Shown here: in pieces, positions 1-10,217 of the stretch
How the letters are laid out: each line of letters begins with the position of its first letter
How positions within the stretch are numbered: the first letter of the stretch is position 1
Assembly: GCA_963662285.2 (NCBI GenBank)
Contig: CAXXMV010000002.1
Location: forward strand, 192,001 to 256,000
Reading direction: 5' to 3'
Source: a bacterium
GTDB taxonomy: Bacteria > Hinthialibacterota > Hinthialibacteria > Hinthialibacterales > Hinthialibacteraceae
DNA length: 64,000 nt
The notes under the pieces: generated by a model
The model's input: only the letters and a program-made list of their open reading frames with translations
Told to the model about the DNA's origin: nothing
Database searches by the model: none
Made by a program: the position numbers and the translations under genes

Positions 1-42
1 CAGGTCAGCCAATTGTTTCAGAATCGCCCTCATCTTATATTA

Positions 43-91
43 GGTGGCTTAATCAAGGGCTGACCGCTATGCGGTCTTGCCCTTGCCACCC
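43..91 (+). repeat. Palindromic intergenic repeat, family A (GGTGG..CAAGGGC-TGACCGC-nnt-GCGGTCT-TGCCCTTG-CCACCC)
   Basis: Nested inverted repeat; near-identical copies at 24798, 28608 and 31835. Confidence 0.9.
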
Positions 92-178
92 ATCAGCAGG
101 AATGATCGGCGTTGATATTTTTGCAACCTCTATATTGGAAAAGAATATTCAAATTAAACAGTATCTTAACTACCCGCT

Positions 179-1690
179 TCAGTCTGGCATACGGTGGAAT
201 AAATCCTTCAAACGAGGATATATCTCTTTGTAGCATTCGAAACGTTCATTGTACTGGCGGTTGAACTCGCTGTTTGGTTCATAGGTGCGTTCAATCTTTA
301 CCAGGTTCTGCGCTGCCTGCTGGATTGATGGATAAACGCCAACGGCTGAACCCGCTAAGATGGCGCATCCCAGGCAGCCAGCTTCGGAAACCTTGGGTAC
401 GGCGATGGGGATGCCCATGATATCGGTCTTGATTTGCATCCAATAGGGGGATTTGGCGCCGCCCCCGGTAGCGCGAAGCCGTTTGATTTCGCCGCCAGCG
501 TCCTTGAGTAGGTCGATGCACATTTTCATTTCGTAGGTGATGCCTTCTAAAATTGAGCGGGTGATTTCGCCCTTGGTGGTGTTGAGACGCATTCCCAAAA
601 AGGCTCCCTTGGTTTGGGTGTCGAAATGGGGAACACCGGAAGTGGTGAAATGTGGCAGCACCAGGAGATCGGTTGGTTTATCGAAAGCTTCGGAAGTCAA
701 TAGGTCGTAGACATCCCGGCCAGCTTCATCGGCGCGGCGTTTTTCGTCGGCCCCGAATGTATCGCGGTACCATTTGAAAAGGCTGCCTCCGGTGAAGTTA
801 TAAACTAATGCGATAAATAAGTCCGGGCAGGTGTGGTGGTAGCAGCAGATATTATTGGATAGCATTACATCGTTGATGATTAGTTCCGGTAAAGAGGGGC
901 AGATGCATTCTACGGTTCCAATGCCATAAGAGGCTTCATTGGAAGCGGTGGCGCCTGCGCCGATGCTTTGGCATGGTTGATCGTGCCCGCCAGTTACTAC
1001 CTTGACTCCCTTGGGAAGTCCTAAGTCTTGCGCGATGGCGTCGGGGATTTCGCCAACCAGGGTTCCGGATGGTTTCGGCGTGGGCATTATGGAGCGGTCA
1101 ATGCCGCAAAATTCCAGGAACTCATCGCACCAGTCTTCTTTACGGACGTCGAACAGCAGGGTGCGTCCGGCGAGGGTATAATCGGTGGTCGGCGCCTGAC
1201 CCAATTTATACATTACCAAATCTTCAAAACCTAGAAGAGTCTTGGTTTGTTTAAGGATTTCCGGTTTATTATCTTTCATCCACTGCAATTTCAGAGCGGT
1301 GAAGAGCGCTGCCAGAGGTTGGCCGGTCGTTTCAAAGATTTTTTTGGCGCCGAATTTATCCAACCATTGGGGGACGTATTGTTCGGTGCGGTTATCGAAA
1401 CTGACCAGGGCGTTGTGGATGATTTCGCCTTTATCATTTAGATAAGACATTGCTTCGCCCTGGGAGGAAACTGCTATAGCTTTGATGGGGTCGCTTTGAG
1501 TTTTTGATGCGACCTCGCCGATGCATGTCTTAATATCATCCCACACGCGGTTTCCATCCAGTTCCGCCCAACCGGGTTGTGGGGAATGCAGGGGGTATTC
1601 CCGGTAGGCCGAAGCCAGTATGGCGCCTTCTTCGTTAAATGCGACTGCTTTACATCCGGTTGTTCCAACGTCGATCCCAAGTAAACTCAC
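179..1690 (-). CDS. FGGY-family carbohydrate kinase (xylulokinase-like)
   Basis: GIDVGTTGCKA phosphate-1 motif, GGHDQ, TGGGAKS; GTG start at 1690 preceded by GGAGA. Confidence 0.9.
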   Translation of the reverse strand: MSLLGIDVGTTGCKAVAFNEEGAILASAYREYPLHSPQPGWAELDGNRVWDDIKTCIGEVASKTQSDPIKAIAVSSQGEAMSYLNDKGEIIHNALVSFDNRTEQYVPQWLDKFGAKKIFETTGQPLAALFTALKLQWMKDNKPEILKQTKTLLGFEDLVMYKLGQAPTTDYTLAGRTLLFDVRKEDWCDEFLEFCGIDRSIMPTPKPSGTLVGEIPDAIAQDLGLPKGVKVVTGGHDQPCQSIGAGATASNEASYGIGTVECICPSLPELIINDVMLSNNICCYHHTCPDLFIALVYNFTGGSLFKWYRDTFGADEKRRADEAGRDVYDLLTSEAFDKPTDLLVLPHFTTSGVPHFDTQTKGAFLGMRLNTTKGEITRSILEGITYEMKMCIDLLKDAGGEIKRLRATGGGAKSPYWMQIKTDIMGIPIAVPKVSEAGCLGCAILAGSAVGVYPSIQQAAQNLVKIERTYEPNSEFNRQYNERFECYKEIYPRLKDLFHRMPD

Positions 1691-1721
1691 GATGTGTTCT
1701 CCCAAAATTTCTTATTAATTC

Positions 1722-1870
1722 GGTGGGTCTTAAAACGCGATCCCACCCTATGGGGATGATGGGGTGGTTTTCAAGGGCAGAAAAGACACTGCCCTTGGCA
1801 CCCGGTTTAATAGATCAAGCGCCCGTAGGTTATTGATTCGGTGGGTCATAAAGCGCGACCCACCCTACGG
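1722..1870. repeat. BIME-like mosaic of two GTAG-type REPs (GGTGGGTC..GACCCACCCTAC) flanking a family-A' hairpin (1763-1803)
   Basis: Read directly; the same REP recurs at 31791-31820 and the A' hairpin at 29876, 30041 and 50654. Confidence 0.8.
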
Positions 1871-1875
1871 GGTTA

Positions 1876-3657
1876 TTAATCACGCCAATTCATTCTTGGC
1901 AGTATTTTTAAGATGCATACCGAAGAAATCACGCAAGTTCCCGCCAAGAAGGTTCCCAGAACTATATTTCCATATAGGAAAAAACCCAGTGAGAATAAGG
2001 CTGAGTAGACCGCCGTCATGCCAAGAAATACTGCCAGTATCGGGGCGGTGAAATTATCTTTTTGCGTGACGTCGCTGGTTTGCACGGCTTTGCTCCAACC
2101 TGGTCCCATCGGTTGAATCTTGTCGTAGAAAGATTGTAGAACCGATTTCTCTGTTGGTGGAGTGAGGAATGTTACTATTACCCATGTAACCGTCGTGACC
2201 GCTACGCCAATGATGAGCTCAAGCCATACTTCTAAATCGGCGAAATGAAAAACTCCTTCATGGAAAAACCTGAAATATAAGGCCACCATGAATGAAACCG
2301 TCATGGCGGATATTTCGCTCCAGGCGTTGATGCGCCACCAGAACCAGCGCAGCATGAAAATCAAACCGGTTCCAGCGCCGATTTGCAAGAGAATCTGGAA
2401 TGAATCCAGCGCCGTCTCCAGGAAGAAAGTAAATACACAGGCCAAAACCATTAGAGCGACGGTGACTATTCGAGCCACGGTTACATAATGTTGCGGCGCG
2501 GCGTCGGGGCAGATAAAACGTTTATAAAAATCATCTATTACATACGAGGCGCCCCAGTTTAAGTGGGTGCTTATAGTGGACATATATGCGGCGGCAAGTG
2601 ACGCCATGACCAGGCCCAGAAGCCCTGCGGGAAGTAAGGTCATCATGGCCGGATAACTGATATCATGTCCGATTAATGCAGCTGGAACATTCGGAAAGCG
2701 GGCCTGGATGGAGGCTAAATCCGGGAAGACGATCATGGAGCACAGGGCGACTAAAATCCAGGGCCAGGGTCTGATGGCGTAGTGGGCTACATTAAACCAT
2801 AGAGTCGCTAAAATAGAGTTCTTTTCATCTTTGGCGGCGAGCATTCTTTGCGCTACATAACCACCGCCGCCCGGCTCGGCGCCGGGATACCATACGCTCC
2901 ACCATTGAACCGCGAAAGGAATGATGAAAATTGGAACGGCTTCTTTCCATCCTTCAGAGCTGCTGAAGTCAGGTAGGATGCTTAGGTTGCCTGATACATT
3001 GGGATGTTGTAATAATCCTGATAATCCACCGACTTCCGGTAGTCCAAGGCAATAATAAGCGGCGCCGATTGATCCAGCCATGGCCATAATAAATAGAAAA
3101 ACATCAGTGATTACCACGCCCCAGAGACCAGCGGTGCAGGAATAGATGGCGGTTACGATTCCACAGGTCAGGATAGTGACGTATTTATCGAAGCCTAGAA
3201 CAATGCTGCTGATTTTTATGGCCGCCAAAGTAACGGTCGCCATGATAATGATATTGAAGAAAACGCCTAAATATATTGCCCGGAAACCCCGCAGAAATGC
3301 GGCAGGCTTGCCGGAATAACGCATTTCGTAAAAACCGATGTCGGTTAATGCCCCAGACCTACGCCATAATTTGGCGTAGAAAAAGACAGTTACCATACCG
3401 GTTAGCAGGAAAGCCCACCATACCCAGTTGCCGCTGACGCCATGTTCCCTGACGATGTTGGCGACCAGGTTGGGCGTGTCGGTGGCGAAAGTGGTGGCCA
3501 CCATAGAGGTTCCGATGAGCCACCAGGGTAGATTGCGGCCGGAAACGAAATACTCGTCAATTCCCTTTCCTGCTCTGCGGGCGTATAACACGCCAATCAG
3601 CAATACAAAAAGGAAATAAAATCCGATGATAAGAAAGTCGATAAAGTTCAGCTGCAT
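1876..3657 (-). CDS. Sodium:solute symporter (SSS/SLC5 family)
   Basis: EYFVSGRNLPWWLIGTSMVATTFA, YVAQRMLAAKDE, AAYMSTISTHLN; many TM helices. Confidence 0.92.
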   Translation of the reverse strand: MQLNFIDFLIIGFYFLFVLLIGVLYARRAGKGIDEYFVSGRNLPWWLIGTSMVATTFATDTPNLVANIVREHGVSGNWVWWAFLLTGMVTVFFYAKLWRRSGALTDIGFYEMRYSGKPAAFLRGFRAIYLGVFFNIIIMATVTLAAIKISSIVLGFDKYVTILTCGIVTAIYSCTAGLWGVVITDVFLFIMAMAGSIGAAYYCLGLPEVGGLSGLLQHPNVSGNLSILPDFSSSEGWKEAVPIFIIPFAVQWWSVWYPGAEPGGGGYVAQRMLAAKDEKNSILATLWFNVAHYAIRPWPWILVALCSMIVFPDLASIQARFPNVPAALIGHDISYPAMMTLLPAGLLGLVMASLAAAYMSTISTHLNWGASYVIDDFYKRFICPDAAPQHYVTVARIVTVALMVLACVFTFFLETALDSFQILLQIGAGTGLIFMLRWFWWRINAWSEISAMTVSFMVALYFRFFHEGVFHFADLEVWLELIIGVAVTTVTWVIVTFLTPPTEKSVLQSFYDKIQPMGPGWSKAVQTSDVTQKDNFTAPILAVFLGMTAVYSALFSLGFFLYGNIVLGTFLAGTCVISSVCILKILPRMNWRD

Positions 3658-3743
3658 ATTAGGTTCCTTAAATACTATATAAATTGGTCAACAACATTAT
3701 TCGGAATCTGTTAAGAAAAGTCAACGAGACAAAGAGATAAAAA

Positions 3744-3770
3744 AAAGAGCGGTTGAAATAACCGCTCTTT
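3744..3770 (-). terminator. Intrinsic terminator downstream of the pilin-like gene
   Basis: AAAGAGCGGTT-GAAAT-AACCGCTCTTT hairpin with an A-run on the left (U-tract on -). Confidence 0.8.
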
Positions 3771-3794
3771 GGAAAGTGTTCTATGTAGGAGAAC

Positions 3795-4361
3795 TTAGTT
3801 TGTTAGAACAATATCTCCAAAACTGTTAAGGCCATTGGATGTTTGATAGATATCAAACAGGTCTTTAGGAGCGTGTACTAAATCCGGTCCCATGCTCCAG
3901 ATATAGTAAATATTGCCTACATGGTGACCACTGGGTACTCCACCGACTAAACGCCCTTGCATGGCCCGGCTGTAGAGATTGGGGTCCTGGATTAACCGAA
4001 CCGGCGACACGGCGGGAAACCAATCTGCGTGATATGAGCCATGGCTCCATTCCAAGCTTCCTTGGACTCCGCCTTTGGCTTGCTGGAATGGATCCATAGG
4101 CGGCGCTGAACAATATGAAACCGGAGTAGTTATATATTTGTTCTGCCAGACAGGATGGCTGTTAACGTGCATGGGAAAATTTCCATTATCCATCTTGTAC
4201 ATCTCGTAAACATTCACCCACATCCTCATCTCGGCATTGCACTTAGCCATCTTGGCGCGCACTTGCGCGTTCAAAAAGTTAGGAACAGCGATTGCGGCAA
4301 GGATACCAATAATTGCTACAACGATGAGCAACTCAATTAAAGTAAATCCCCGTTTTTTCAT
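3795..4361 (-). CDS. Prepilin-type N-terminal cleavage/methylation domain protein (pseudopilin-like)
   Basis: KKRG|FTLIELLIVVAIIGILAAIAVPNF; C-terminal WSMGPD...SNGLNSFGDI; GGAGG RBS. Confidence 0.9.
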   Translation of the reverse strand: MKKRGFTLIELLIVVAIIGILAAIAVPNFLNAQVRAKMAKCNAEMRMWVNVYEMYKMDNGNFPMHVNSHPVWQNKYITTPVSYCSAPPMDPFQQAKGGVQGSLEWSHGSYHADWFPAVSPVRLIQDPNLYSRAMQGRLVGGVPSGHHVGNIYYIWSMGPDLVHAPKDLFDIYQTSNGLNSFGDIVLTN

Positions 4362-4522
4362 GCTTATACCTCCCAGTATAATACGGCTTTTGAAAACACA
4401 TTAGTATATAAAAGTTCATGTTTCAATTGTACGATCTAATCATAGTTATAAGTATTTATCAAGAGAACCATATTCAAAATTAAAAGTGAATAATTTTTAA
4501 CTTGGAAAGGATATTAAAATAA

Positions 4523-5026
4523 TTATGTTAGTGATTTTCCTGTAAATTCTTTTACGAGAGAAACATAATCACGGGAACGTCTTTCCTGGTTACCGGATAA
4601 ATCAAAGAGACCGTCTCCAGCTAAAACGCCTGTAAATCCTGTCATAACAGTTCCTTCACCCCAAAAAGTCCATAATTTAACCTTCTTTTCTTCTATAAGA
4701 GAACCAAGCATCAAAGATACTGTAAAAAATTCTAGTTGATCAGTAGGTCCAAGAAAAAAACTCCAGTTAGTTATCGTTTCAGAGTATGAATAATCAATTC
4801 TATTTATTTCGTTAAAGCTAATAATTCTCTCTGTGTTAAAAATCCAGAAGAACCGTTTCTGGAGGGATACGATTTTTTGCCGTTTGTCTATAACAATACG
4901 TTTTGAATAGGAAAACAAGCGAAATAATTGACCGAGAAAAGAAGTGCGTGAAATCAGTTGATTTCCTTCAATCCAGGTTTTAGGTTTAAAACTAAAAAAA
5001 TCAAAAGTTAAAGCGTAAAAACTCAT
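4523..5026 (-). CDS. Hypothetical protein (AT-rich)
   Basis: 167-aa ORF with no recognisable motif. Confidence 0.65.
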   Translation of the reverse strand: MSFYALTFDFFSFKPKTWIEGNQLISRTSFLGQLFRLFSYSKRIVIDKRQKIVSLQKRFFWIFNTERIISFNEINRIDYSYSETITNWSFFLGPTDQLEFFTVSLMLGSLIEEKKVKLWTFWGEGTVMTGFTGVLAGDGLFDLSGNQERRSRDYVSLVKEFTGKSLT

Positions 5027-5172
5027 GATTAATTACTTTTTGTAACTTATATGGAAAGTGTTTATGCAAATCACTCTAATTAAGAGTATGATTTGCATAA
5101 GGATATATTATATAATAGTATTATGTCGATGGGAAAAAGATTGTATCGAATTTTGCAGGATAAATCGGGTTG

Positions 5173-5529
5173 TTACCTTTTTCTTGAATTACTCTTCTTG
5201 GCAGTGCTTTTTTTTGGGGTAGCTTTACCAGGCGCTTTTGGCGCGAATAAGGTTTCTTCGGGTGGGCTAAGGAGAATTTTTTCTACATCTTCATGAAGAT
5301 TTGGGATGACATGGGCGGAAACCACTTCGCCAACCCTGCGGGCTGCGGCAGAGCCAGCTTCAACAGCTGCTTGGATATCAGCGACATCTCCGCGTAATTT
5401 TACTGTTACAAGACCCGGTTCAGTCAACTCTATCTGAGTAAGCACGGCGTAAGCAGACTTAACAGCTGCGTCAGCAGCTTCTATTGCGGCGACGAGACCT
5501 TGTGTTTCTATGAGACCAAGTGCTTTCAT
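5173..5529 (-). CDS. Bacterial microcompartment shell protein (BMC-H) with Lys-rich C-terminal tail
   Basis: [44 protein letters not shown]. Confidence 0.93.
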   Translation of the reverse strand: MKALGLIETQGLVAAIEAADAAVKSAYAVLTQIELTEPGLVTVKLRGDVADIQAAVEAGSAAARRVGEVVSAHVIPNLHEDVEKILLSPPEETLFAPKAPGKATPKKSTAKKSNSRKR

Positions 5530-5692
5530 TTGTCATTCATCTCCAAAGATTAGAAAATACATCATAGGTCAAAAATCACCAGAACAAAAGTCAATGAGTT
5601 ATTACTTTCTTATTTCTTTTTTAATCGTATTGTGATAATCTAATTCTTGTATATACAATAATTAAAATATAAAACATGAGGGATGTCTTCTT

Positions 5693-6997
5693 ATGAACTC
5701 TGAACCAACAAAAAACAATCGTAGAACGTTTCTACAATCCATGGGCGCCGGATTTGGTGGATTATTAGCGCAAAATTATAGTTCTTATGCCGGAGTCGGG
5801 CCGAATGATAAAATAAACGTTGGCTTTATCGGCGTAGGCGGAATGGGCTCAGGCAGATTAAATGGCTTCATGAAACATGATGATGTCAATGTCGCCGGGA
5901 TTTGCGACGTTGATTCTGATCATGTAGATCGCGCCATAGGCGAAGTTGAAAAGAGGCGCGGTAAACGTCCCCAGGGTTACAAGGATTTTCGTAAGCTATT
6001 GGAACGCGATGACATAGACGCTGTTATGATAGCAACGCCGGATCATTGGCATGCTTTGACAACAATAAACGCCTGCCAGGCCGGTAAGGACGTCTTTGTA
6101 GAAAAGCCGCTCTGTCATTCCATTGCGGAAGGACGAGCGATGTTGGACGCGGCAACGGAAAACCGCAGAGTTACTCAATTAGGCACCCATATCCATAACG
6201 AGTACGATAACTACCGCCGGGTTGTCGAGATGGTGCAGTCGGGTAATTTGGGCAAGATTACCCGCGTCCATTGCTGGAAGACGTCAGATACTGGCGAAGG
6301 CATCGGCTACCCTCCCAATTCAACCGCCCCGAATAACCTGGATTATAATTTCTGGCAGGGACCAGCGCCCAAGAGACCGTATAATAAGAATCGTTCTCAT
6401 TTTACTTTCCGGTATTTTTGGGATTATTCAGGCGGAATTTTCATCGATTTCTGGTGCCATATCACAGATGTGGCATATTGGGCGCTTGATCTCCAGGCGC
6501 CGATCAGCGTATCCGCCGTCGGCGGCAGGCGCTTTCGCAAGGATAATACGGAAACGCCTGATTGTCTTGAAGTTCTGTATGAGTATCCCGGTTTGACCAT
6601 GAATTGGACTTTGAATCCAGTTGTTCCGGCATTTCAGCACATGGGCGGAATCGGCTGTATTTTCTACGGTACTGAAGCAACGCTGGTTACCAATTATTCA
6701 CAACGCGAAGTTTGGGTGAAAGGCAAAAAGGTCGATGATTTCCCCACCCCTGATCCTTGGATTCCAAACTCACCGGGTCATATCCGTGAATTTTTAGATT
6801 CTGTTCGTACCAGGGCAGTAACAACCTGTAATGTCGAGTACGCTTACCGCTTAACCAAAGCCGGATTGTTGGGCAATATCGCTTACCGTACTGGTGATAA
6901 ACTGGAATGGGATGATGAGCGGGAGAGAATATCCCGTAATGCTAAGGCCAATGAATTGATTAGCCGCAGATACAGATCGCCCTGGAAACTGGGATAA
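5693..6997 (+). CDS. Gfo/Idh/MocA oxidoreductase with Tat signal
   Basis: NRRTFL twin-arginine motif, GVGGMG, ATPDHWH, EKP. Confidence 0.92.
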   Translation: MNSEPTKNNRRTFLQSMGAGFGGLLAQNYSSYAGVGPNDKINVGFIGVGGMGSGRLNGFMKHDDVNVAGICDVDSDHVDRAIGEVEKRRGKRPQGYKDFRKLLERDDIDAVMIATPDHWHALTTINACQAGKDVFVEKPLCHSIAEGRAMLDAATENRRVTQLGTHIHNEYDNYRRVVEMVQSGNLGKITRVHCWKTSDTGEGIGYPPNSTAPNNLDYNFWQGPAPKRPYNKNRSHFTFRYFWDYSGGIFIDFWCHITDVAYWALDLQAPISVSAVGGRRFRKDNTETPDCLEVLYEYPGLTMNWTLNPVVPAFQHMGGIGCIFYGTEATLVTNYSQREVWVKGKKVDDFPTPDPWIPNSPGHIREFLDSVRTRAVTTCNVEYAYRLTKAGLLGNIAYRTGDKLEWDDERERISRNAKANELISRRYRSPWKLG

Positions 6998-7060
6998 GGC
7001 GGATGCTGTTTCCGAAGAATATGTAGAATGAATTGATATGCATCGAATTAGTTAATTCTG

Positions 7061-7090
7061 AAAAAGCCCGTTCTTACGGGCTTTTTTTTT
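7061..7090 (+). terminator. Bidirectional intrinsic terminator
   Basis: AAAAAGCCCGT-TCTT-ACGGGCTTTTTTTTT between convergent genes. Confidence 0.88.
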
Positions 7091-7170
7091 CGGATTAAAA
7101 TAAAAGAAATTGTACGATTAACTTAAAAACGGCAGTTAATACTGGTAATTTCTTTGCGAAGGTGGTCGCT

Positions 7171-7284
7171 ATCAACCCTCTCCCAATCTTGGGAGAGGAA
7201 TGTATATCTATAGTGTTTCTTCATAACTAAGTCTAAACAATATAACTGGTTATATCTACAAAATCCCTCTCCCCCATGCTTGGG
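7171..7284 (+). repeat. Dispersed ~120-bp element, family D (inverted copy at 54795-54933)
   Basis: ATCAACCCTCTCCCAATCTTGGGAGAGGAATGTATATC...AACTGGTTA...CTCCCCCA aligns with the reverse complement of 54795-54933. Confidence 0.85.
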
Positions 7285-7301
7285 ATTAAACAGAAAGATT
7301 T

Positions 7302-8126
7302 TTATTTTTCTTCTTCCTCAGGTGAAGGCATATATTTATTTATGAATTCAGCCAGTTCCTTCAGGTATTCCGTTTCGGATAGCATATATCCATCATTATG
7401 TCCGCCGGAGATTTGTAGGAACTGTTTTGGCGCTAAGGCTGCGTCAAATGTCTTTTGACCATGATGGAAAGGCGCTATCTCGTCATCCGGGCTATGGATC
7501 ACCAGCAAGGGCATGTTAATATGCTTGATTTTATCTAAAGCATTGTATTTATATTTGGTAATTAACCTTACCGGCAAAAAGGGGAATATTTCTTCGCCTA
7601 AATCCTGCACTGAATTAAAACCGCTTTCATAGATCAAGCCGGCTGCATTTACCTTCGTGGCCAGATCAGCCGCTATATTCGCTCCTAATGATCGACCAAA
7701 GATAAATAGAGGTAATGATGGTTCCGTATCTTTAAGCCACTGATAGGCGGCTTGGGCATCCTTATAGGTGCCCTGCTCTGTTAGCCAGCCGCTGCTTTTG
7801 CCGTATCCCCGGTAATCGAAGATAAAAACGTTTACGTTCAATGAGTTAAATTGGCGAAGACTTTCTGTTCGGTAGCTAATATTCCCACCGTTGCCATGAC
7901 AAAAGAGCAAACTGGCGATGGGATTTTTGCATGGGATATACCATCCATGCAAGCGTTTACCGTCTTCGGTTTCAAAAAAAACATCCTGGTATTCCAAGCC
8001 AGCCACTTCCGGAGTCGCCAAAAACTTGGCTCTGGGCATCCAGATATTGGATCGTTCAAACCATCTGCTTAAAAGGTATAGAAAAATACAAAACAAAAGT
8101 AGATAAATGGAATAGCGGATAATCAT
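7302..8126 (-). CDS. Alpha/beta hydrolase (Bem46/ABHD13-like)
   Basis: HGNGGN, DYRGYGKS, GRSLG nucleophile, HSPDDE, GGHND; N-terminal TM; ATG at 8126 with AAGGA RBS. Confidence 0.9.
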   Translation of the reverse strand: MIIRYSIYLLLFCIFLYLLSRWFERSNIWMPRAKFLATPEVAGLEYQDVFFETEDGKRLHGWYIPCKNPIASLLFCHGNGGNISYRTESLRQFNSLNVNVFIFDYRGYGKSSGWLTEQGTYKDAQAAYQWLKDTEPSLPLFIFGRSLGANIAADLATKVNAAGLIYESGFNSVQDLGEEIFPFLPVRLITKYKYNALDKIKHINMPLLVIHSPDDEIAPFHHGQKTFDAALAPKQFLQISGGHNDGYMLSETEYLKELAEFINKYMPSPEEEEK

Positions 8127-8261
8127 AGCTAAGTCCTTAAAAACATGGGAAATATTAAACACTAATAGCCGGAGCGGTACTTATAATACCACGAATTGAA
8201 TCTTATTGGAGTTATGGGAGTAGGGTTAGTCAGAAGAAGAGGCGATGGCGTTATGAAGAAT

Positions 8262-8348
8262 CGGAGGAGGAGGGATTCGAACCCTCGATACAGTTTCCCG
8301 TATGCCGGTTTAGCAAACCGGTACCTTCAGCCACTCGGTCACCCCTCC
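8262..8348 (-). tRNA. tRNA-Ser(GCT)
   Basis: GGAGGGG acceptor, CCGGT-TTGCTAA-ACCGG anticodon arm, long variable arm, GGTTCGAATCC; CCA not encoded. Confidence 0.95.
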
Positions 8349-8465
8349 AGCAAATATATTTTTAAGCAATTACATAAATTGACGTTTTTCCTTAATTTGA
8401 AACCAGTACCTTTAATCCAGAATCATTGTAACGCATTACTGAATTCTGCAAAGTGGTTCTGTTAA

Positions 8466-8553
8466 CGGTGGAGGTGGGATTCGAACCCACGGTACAGTTT
8501 CCCGCACGCCGGTTTTCAAGACCGGTGCCTTCAACCAACTCGGCCACCCCACC
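8466..8553 (-). tRNA. tRNA-Ser(TGA)
   Basis: GGTGGGG acceptor, CCGGT-CTTGAAA-ACCGG, long variable arm, GGTTCGAATCC; CCA not encoded. Confidence 0.95.
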
Positions 8554-8792
8554 TACAAATCTAATCAGAAGGATATTTATAGCAGCCTTTTTCACTTATT
8601 CAAGCAGGTTGATTTTATAAATCATGATTTTGATGAGAAAAAAGAATTAAAAATGAATAATCTATGAATTATTATTCTTTTTTGGCGTGAAAAAAGATTA
8701 TTTAAGGCGCTTATGTCTTTCGTAAATCCAAGTCTATTCAATTAGGTAGAAATACCCTTGATTAATTTTTCTTGGTGGGGGAGGAGTTTTTT

Positions 8793-9386
8793 TTATGTTT
8801 CATTGATTACATCGAAAAGTGTGTCCTGTCCTTTTTCTTTATCGACCCTTTCGACTTTTTCAATCTTTTTTTGTTCGTTCTTTAAGTCTTCTTCATAGCG
8901 TTTTTTTTCAAAATCTATCCAATACCCATCTGGAGTTAGTATTCTTAGGTTTTCATCATTATCTAATTTAATTTGATTATCTAGATCTAATAATGGAGTT
9001 TTGTTTTTTTTGCTTTTCCCGTCTGTGGTTATTAAATATTTGCATTTATTTATAATAGCTGTTGCTACGTGGATAGAATCCGCAAAAGAAACATTGTTGC
9101 TATTACAGATATCTTGCGCCTTAAATGCAATTAAAAAATCGAGTGGTATTCGCCGATAATATGATTGATCCAAATAGCTTCTTATTAAATCAATATCTTC
9201 TCTTTTAGGATCCGCTTGTAATTTATAATATTCAACATATGTAATCAGGGATGTAACGATATAATATTCAGACTTTCTTGCCAATTCCTCAAACAGCAAT
9301 ATTGAATCCTTCTCACCACTTTGATCAAGTAAATGTATAAATATGCATGTGTCCCAATAGATGCGGTCTCTAGGTTTCTTCACCAT
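8793..9386 (-). CDS. PIN-domain (VapC-like) ribonuclease
   Basis: YWDTCIF, TYVE, ADSIHVATA, TTD acidic tetrad; start overlaps the upstream gene. Confidence 0.85.
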   Translation of the reverse strand: MVKKPRDRIYWDTCIFIHLLDQSGEKDSILLFEELARKSEYYIVTSLITYVEYYKLQADPKREDIDLIRSYLDQSYYRRIPLDFLIAFKAQDICNSNNVSFADSIHVATAIINKCKYLITTDGKSKKNKTPLLDLDNQIKLDNDENLRILTPDGYWIDFEKKRYEEDLKNEQKKIEKVERVDKEKGQDTLFDVINET

Positions 9387-10170
9387 AGTTTAGTCTTTCT
9401 AAATATTCATTGGCGTCAATGCCGCCAGTAATATTTAAATGTTTTAACTGTTCGATTGTGGGTAGATTGTCATCTGTAGGTAAAATATCAATTTTCTTGA
9501 CATAAATAGACTGTAATTTATATGCATTATTATATTTGGCTTCGCCGGTAATGAAGACACGTTTTCCTAAGGCCATTTTGGCTTCTTCAAATTGTTGTGC
9601 GGGTATTGTGCATTTAACGGCCTCATCAGTTAATAAATCAAAGACCTTAAATTCATATTTGCCATGAACATCTGCAAAATCGAGCATCCCCTCAATCGTC
9701 GTCCAGGTTAGGTGTTGCTTCGTTATGCTCTTAGTTATCAAATCGGCGTTTGCGGCTACATGTTGCGTAGGTTTTATGGGAACATCTTCATTGGTAATCA
9801 ACTCAATATCCTCTATCCCATTATTTAAAGGTTTCACAAGTTCTTTTGCATAGCGAATAGTGTTTATATCAAAATATTCAGGCATATCTGCAACATCTTC
9901 AAGTCTTCTTATACCATTAACACTAGCGTTAATTATCTTGCTTCCAATATCTTGGTTAAATCGTTCGCCTGTGTCTAATGTAATTTCAAGTGGACTTTCC
10001 ATTTTCACATAAACAATCCTCCAATTTAGAAAATCGTTAGTATCGTTGATTTTTTCAGCGACTGAATTCAATACTTTTATTGCTTCATTTACTGTTTTCA
10101 TGAACGATTTCACAGAAAGATTATCTGCTTTTGCCGTCATTCTTATAGTTAATTCGTTATTTTTCAGCAT
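9370..10170 (-). CDS. Hypothetical protein, putative large antitoxin/partner of the PIN nuclease
   Basis: 266 aa, 17-nt overlap with the PIN gene, AT-rich; beta-rich C-terminal half and short acidic helical tail. Confidence 0.7.
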   Translation of the reverse strand: MLKNNELTIRMTAKADNLSVKSFMKTVNEAIKVLNSVAEKINDTNDFLNWRIVYVKMESPLEITLDTGERFNQDIGSKIINASVNGIRRLEDVADMPEYFDINTIRYAKELVKPLNNGIEDIELITNEDVPIKPTQHVAANADLITKSITKQHLTWTTIEGMLDFADVHGKYEFKVFDLLTDEAVKCTIPAQQFEEAKMALGKRVFITGEAKYNNAYKLQSIYVKKIDILPTDDNLPTIEQLKHLNITGGIDANEYLERLNYGEET

Positions 10171-10186
10171 TATTTCCTACATTCTG

Positions 10187-10217
10187 TCTATAGAAGTTCT
10201 TGTCAAATTCTATAGAA
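10187..10217 (-). promoter_or_regulatory. Putative operator/promoter of the PIN operon
   Basis: Palindrome TCTATAGA at 10187-10194 and 10209-10216 flanking a TTGACA (minus strand, 10201-10206). Confidence 0.5.

Noticed and set aside
1-33. Possible start of a minus-strand gene (MRAILKQLADL) at the window edge
   Set aside because: Only 11 codons visible and no clear RBS
8196-8595. ORFs of 89 aa and 67 aa
   Set aside because: They overlap the two tRNA-Ser genes; spurious
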